The notes under the pieces are model-generated. The model saw nothing but the letters and a program-made list of their open reading frames with translations, searched no databases and was not told where the DNA came from. The position numbers were made by a program, and so were the translations under genes. DNA of 64,000 nt from the NCBI GenBank assembly GCA_004764695.1, contig SMSO01000035.1, positions 2,988,040 through 3,052,039 on the forward strand, given 5' to 3'. The DNA comes from Schizochytrium sp. TIO01 (lineage: Eukaryota > Protista > Bigyra: Labyrinthulomycetes). Each line of letters starts with the position of its first letter. The first letter of the stretch is position 1. This document shows, piece by piece, positions 60,446-64,000 of the stretch.

Positions 60446-61699
60446 TTAGTCAAGGTTCTTCTGGCCATCAGCTTCGTCATCGCTTTCCTCGTCGCTACTA
60501 GAGTCACTTGTGAAGAACATGCCCTTGAGACCATCGAGCTTAGAGTCATCCTGGGGAGTAGCAAACTCGAGTTTAGGCACGTCAACCTCCTCGAGGGCCT
60601 TGCGCGAAGACTCCTTGAGGTGAACCTCAGGTGGGGGTGCAGGTCTGCAAAAGTGAATAAACTCTACCTTATCGCGGTAGAACTCGGTAAACAATTCGCT
60701 GTGCTTCTTAAAGAAGCGGAAGCACATCGTGCGGAATCCCTTGCGGTGCTTCGTCTGGCCTCCATATGCTACAATCTGGCCCATCACAAAAGCAACACGC
60801 AAGTTTACAGGCGGGCACGGAAGGTACTCTCTCGAAAAGGCAGGGTCTTCATACGAAGCGTCTCCAATTACCCAGCTCATAGCAATCCGTGGTTGCGTAG
60901 GCTGTCCCATCGTAGATCTCCGCTGCACATGTGAGCCCCAGTGAATGATTCTGTGCGAGAAATGCCACGCCGATCCTGCTTGTGCTGGGAGAGCTCTAAT
61001 GCTCTGGTATGCTTGCGGATCTTTGCCAAAAATCTCTGCAAGCGGATCGACATCTTGACGATCAGGCTTGTAGAACAACGGATCCGCGTTTGCTGGAACC
61101 ACGTAAAGACACGAGTTATTGGGACCGGCATCGGTGAGAGCGAGCCACGTAGTACTAAGCTTGGCAGTCATATCTTGACGAAACGACTCTGGGCCAGAGC
61201 CCATGCGATCACGATGCGGACCCCATCCCTTCTCACCATGATCGGGCTCAACGTACCACGCATACATATCTCCGATAAATTTGGACCCTCCGGTCGCTGC
61301 CTCAAGACGAGCAGACGCTCCTGCCACAAGAGCCCATGCCTCGTCATAAATGAAAATAAAAGACGCAGGCCAACCATGTTGCATGAGACGAACAACGCCT
61401 AGAGCAAGATCGTGAATACGTTCGCGATAATCTTCGCCGAGACCGAGATCTTGGTTGGTCATGTGAAAGAATCCATTGTCAGCAAATTCATCTTTCTTAG
61501 TCTCGCCGGTAGATTTCCACTCTGCAAATGCGGATTTAGCTCGATCAGCAGCAGTCTGGATGAAAGCCTCGTCGCCAACATGCAAGTGAGGACAAATTTT
61601 ACGCCAATATTCACCGTCTTCCAGGGTGTCCATGAGCTGCTCTTCCGCGAGCAGGTCCTCCGGAACATCCGCCACTTCTTTAGGCGAAGGAAGCTCCAT
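60446..61699 (-). CDS. Phytanoyl-CoA dioxygenase (PhyH)-family Fe(II)/2-oxoglutarate oxygenase
   Basis: HxD motif (WGPHRD), TWLALTDA..NSCLYVVP, distal His (IIHWG) and a downstream Arg (PRIAMS). Confidence 0.8.
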   Translation of the reverse strand: MELPSPKEVADVPEDLLAEEQLMDTLEDGEYWRKICPHLHVGDEAFIQTAADRAKSAFAEWKSTGETKKDEFADNGFFHMTNQDLGLGEDYRERIHDLALGVVRLMQHGWPASFIFIYDEAWALVAGASARLEAATGGSKFIGDMYAWYVEPDHGEKGWGPHRDRMGSGPESFRQDMTAKLSTTWLALTDAGPNNSCLYVVPANADPLFYKPDRQDVDPLAEIFGKDPQAYQSIRALPAQAGSAWHFSHRIIHWGSHVQRRSTMGQPTQPRIAMSWVIGDASYEDPAFSREYLPCPPVNLRVAFVMGQIVAYGGQTKHRKGFRTMCFRFFKKHSELFTEFYRDKVEFIHFCRPAPPPEVHLKESSRKALEEVDVPKLEFATPQDDSKLDGLKGMFFTSDSSSDEESDDEADGQKNLD

Positions 61700-63252
61700 T
61701 GCAGAGTCTAGCACTTCACAAAACTGTAAATCTGCGTCGCAGCGCTACCGCCACGTGTGAGGCGACGGGTGCAACCGCCAAAGTCTCCAAGGCCTTCAAG
61801 ATTTGATTTTGATGCTTTCCACGCGCGAGCCATACAAACTTTTCTTGAGTTTTCAATCAATTAATTTTCATTAGGCTGTATACTTGTTACTGATAGTCAT
61901 AAGATGAGAACAATCACACTCTGGATTGATTGATTGATTGATTAATATCCTCCATCATCTGCTGCGACCTGGTGACTAATCGAAGGTGGTTTTCTATTTC
62001 GTGCGAGTCGTTTGACCTCTTGAAATGAACTGGATAGTCAATCATTTGGTGGCTTGTGCGGTGAGTTTCTTACGTTCTCTTGCGTCCCTGGCCTATCAAA
62101 GCGAGAAGACTATGCTAGACTATTACTAGTATGACTTATTTATCATCTGCCACATGCTGCAGAACCCATTTAACACTGGTGTTCCCTTAGTTCCCCATGT
62201 CCCCTGTTGAGCAAATAAAAGAGTGTCATTCATTGTAGGTAAAGCCTCGTTAAAACTAGCAACCTTGTGCGACGAGAGAATAAACATGTGATGCGAGGCT
62301 TACATACAGTTTGGAAAGAATTCAGGTAGGTTCCGGGATGCTGCCGCACGGTGAAACCAAAATTATTTCATTTCATAAATGCTAGCTGGTATAATTCGAA
62401 CTGCTTGAAATACTCAAACATGCATTCCAATCTGGCAAGTTTAGCTTGGAGAGCAAAAGAAATTCCTTTCGATTCCTGCCGATTATGAGGGATGCTTAAT
62501 TTTTCTCAGTCTAGCTAAATTTCATTTGGCTATGCCTTTGCCTTTAGGAGCAAAACTGCATAATGAGAGAGTATTCGTATGCAATGAAACTGTCTGAGCA
62601 CGTTTTAACGTAGCGTAGCTAGCCTCTTAGTTTCCATAATGTGATCTTGGCAAGATGTACAGGATCAGCGATCGGACAGAACCTGGATGTACGTCATAAC
62701 AAGCCCCCAAAATTGCTTGGAATCGATGAGTTGTGTTAGTCTTTCATAGTCACAGATCGCAATATTCAATTTAAAAACTCTGAAAATAGCGTGATGCTGA
62801 CCTGAAGAATTTGATGCCTCATACGATCTCCAGAATTGTGAAAGAGATAGAATAGTGCTACTTGGGGATTTACATTCTTTCATTTTTACTTAAAAGAAAT
62901 CAAGGTACAACAACAGAATCGTTTAAGGTTTGATAATGTAAATATTTATCTTGATTTATATGCTGGGTGTATGTGCATCAATAAGGCGAGCATTGCTGTA
63001 CGTAGAGTAAAGTTAATCACCATTGATAATTCTACTCTCCTTGCGAAAAGGAAGAACAAACCTATTTGAAGAATCTATTCTGTTTGTAAAATGAACATTA
63101 AAACTAAAAAGTTCGGAAAAGAGAAGGTGTAGTTTTATATATATAGGAAAGATCAGGCGTGACAAAGACCGAAAGTTTCTTTTGTCGTATTTGAGTATAC
63201 AACAATATGTCATCTAACTTAGCGTATTATTATAACCTGATGACGTTCACGT

Positions 63253-64000
63253 TTATTCATCATCGTCTTCATCTAAAACAATTGGATCGGTGCGTGTTCC
63301 TAAACCTGACATTCGCACGGACGATCTTTGTTGAGGAGGCATTGTCAAAGATCCCTGGCTTAAAAAATCCCAGAATTCCATATTGCCCCCTCTGGACCGC
63401 TCTGAGTTTACGCGCCGGTTTTGGCGCCCATATCCAATTGGCAGGTCTGAAAAAAAAGTAGAAGCTTCCTCAGGCATATGTGCCATTAATGGGCCAAGTA
63501 CCTCACCAATGGTTAATGCTAAATTAGACGACTGTCGTGCTTCAGAGGTGGCAGCGGCCGCAGCAGCCATCGCAGCAGCTGTGACAGCAGAGGGTGACGA
63601 GTTTGCCGCAGATGGAGATCGTCTTCTGGATGGCAAATGTGCAGATTGTAAGCGCGTACTCCGAAGAGGAAGGTCTGTACCTAATGCCGATGGAACAACA
63701 TCGTTGCTAAGGGAAGGAGAGAACGCGTTGTAGTGAGATAACTGAGATCCCTGACCTAAAGAGGATCCAGCGTTTCCAGACTCAAACTCTGTGCGTTGAG
63801 TATAGTTGACACGAAGCCCCAACGACCGCGCGACAAGAGCAATGTGATCCATGAAATCATGAATATCATCATCCGATTCTTCGTCCTCCCGCTCTAGGGT
63901 GTCTCGAAGCTCACGGGGTACGACATCCTTGGAAACTCCCGTCTTGCTGGAGGTAAGGCCTTTCACAACACGTTTACAATGGGGACAGCGACAACTACGT
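63253..64000 (-). CDS. 3' part of a probable RING-finger protein with C-terminal SIM-like motif (5' end outside the window)
   Basis: The frame stays open to the window edge, reading RSCRCPHCKRVVKG, and the protein ends DPIVLDEDDDE*. Confidence 0.55.
   Translation of the reverse strand, partial: RSCRCPHCKRVVKGLTSSKTGVSKDVVPRELRDTLEREDEESDDDIHDFMDHIALVARSLGLRVNYTQRTEFESGNAGSSLGQGSQLSHYNAFSPSLSNDVVPSALGTDLPLRSTRLQSAHLPSRRRSPSAANSSPSAVTAAAMAAAAAATSEARQSSNLALTIGEVLGPLMAHMPEEASTFFSDLPIGYGRQNRRVNSERSRGGNMEFWDFLSQGSLTMPPQQRSSVRMSGLGTRTDPIVLDEDDDE

Overview
Eukaryotic nuclear DNA from a gene-dense protist genome. Mostly intronless genes, GT-AG introns, a bacterial-type FadH and a plant-type MKP1 suggest a stramenopile, perhaps a thraustochytrid; this is an inference. 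The right half (30-64 kb) carries single-exon genes: MKP1-like phosphatase, PIG-P, dynactin p50, NADPH oxidase, FadH, a large ECxFxP-repeat protein, an OSCA/TMEM63-like protein, a PhyH-family dioxygenase and a partial RING gene. The left half (0-17 kb) is an accessory region that the ORF track largely misses. It holds an intron-containing tRNA-Ser, decayed gene remnants and two convergent multi-exon LRR genes in which each ~28-aa repeat is one symmetric phase-2 exon. Gene 1 (5644-11325) is an LRR + non-RD kinase + RING1/RING2 fusion. Its exon-intron cassettes are nearly identical and mosaic, and vary mainly at the predicted ligand-binding residues, making it a candidate diversifying immune receptor. 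Gene 2 (13320-16882) has 17 older, diverged LRR exons. A second notable item is a NOX enzyme with a p22phox-like module fused at its N-terminus. All gene models and domain calls were made by eye, with no database searches.
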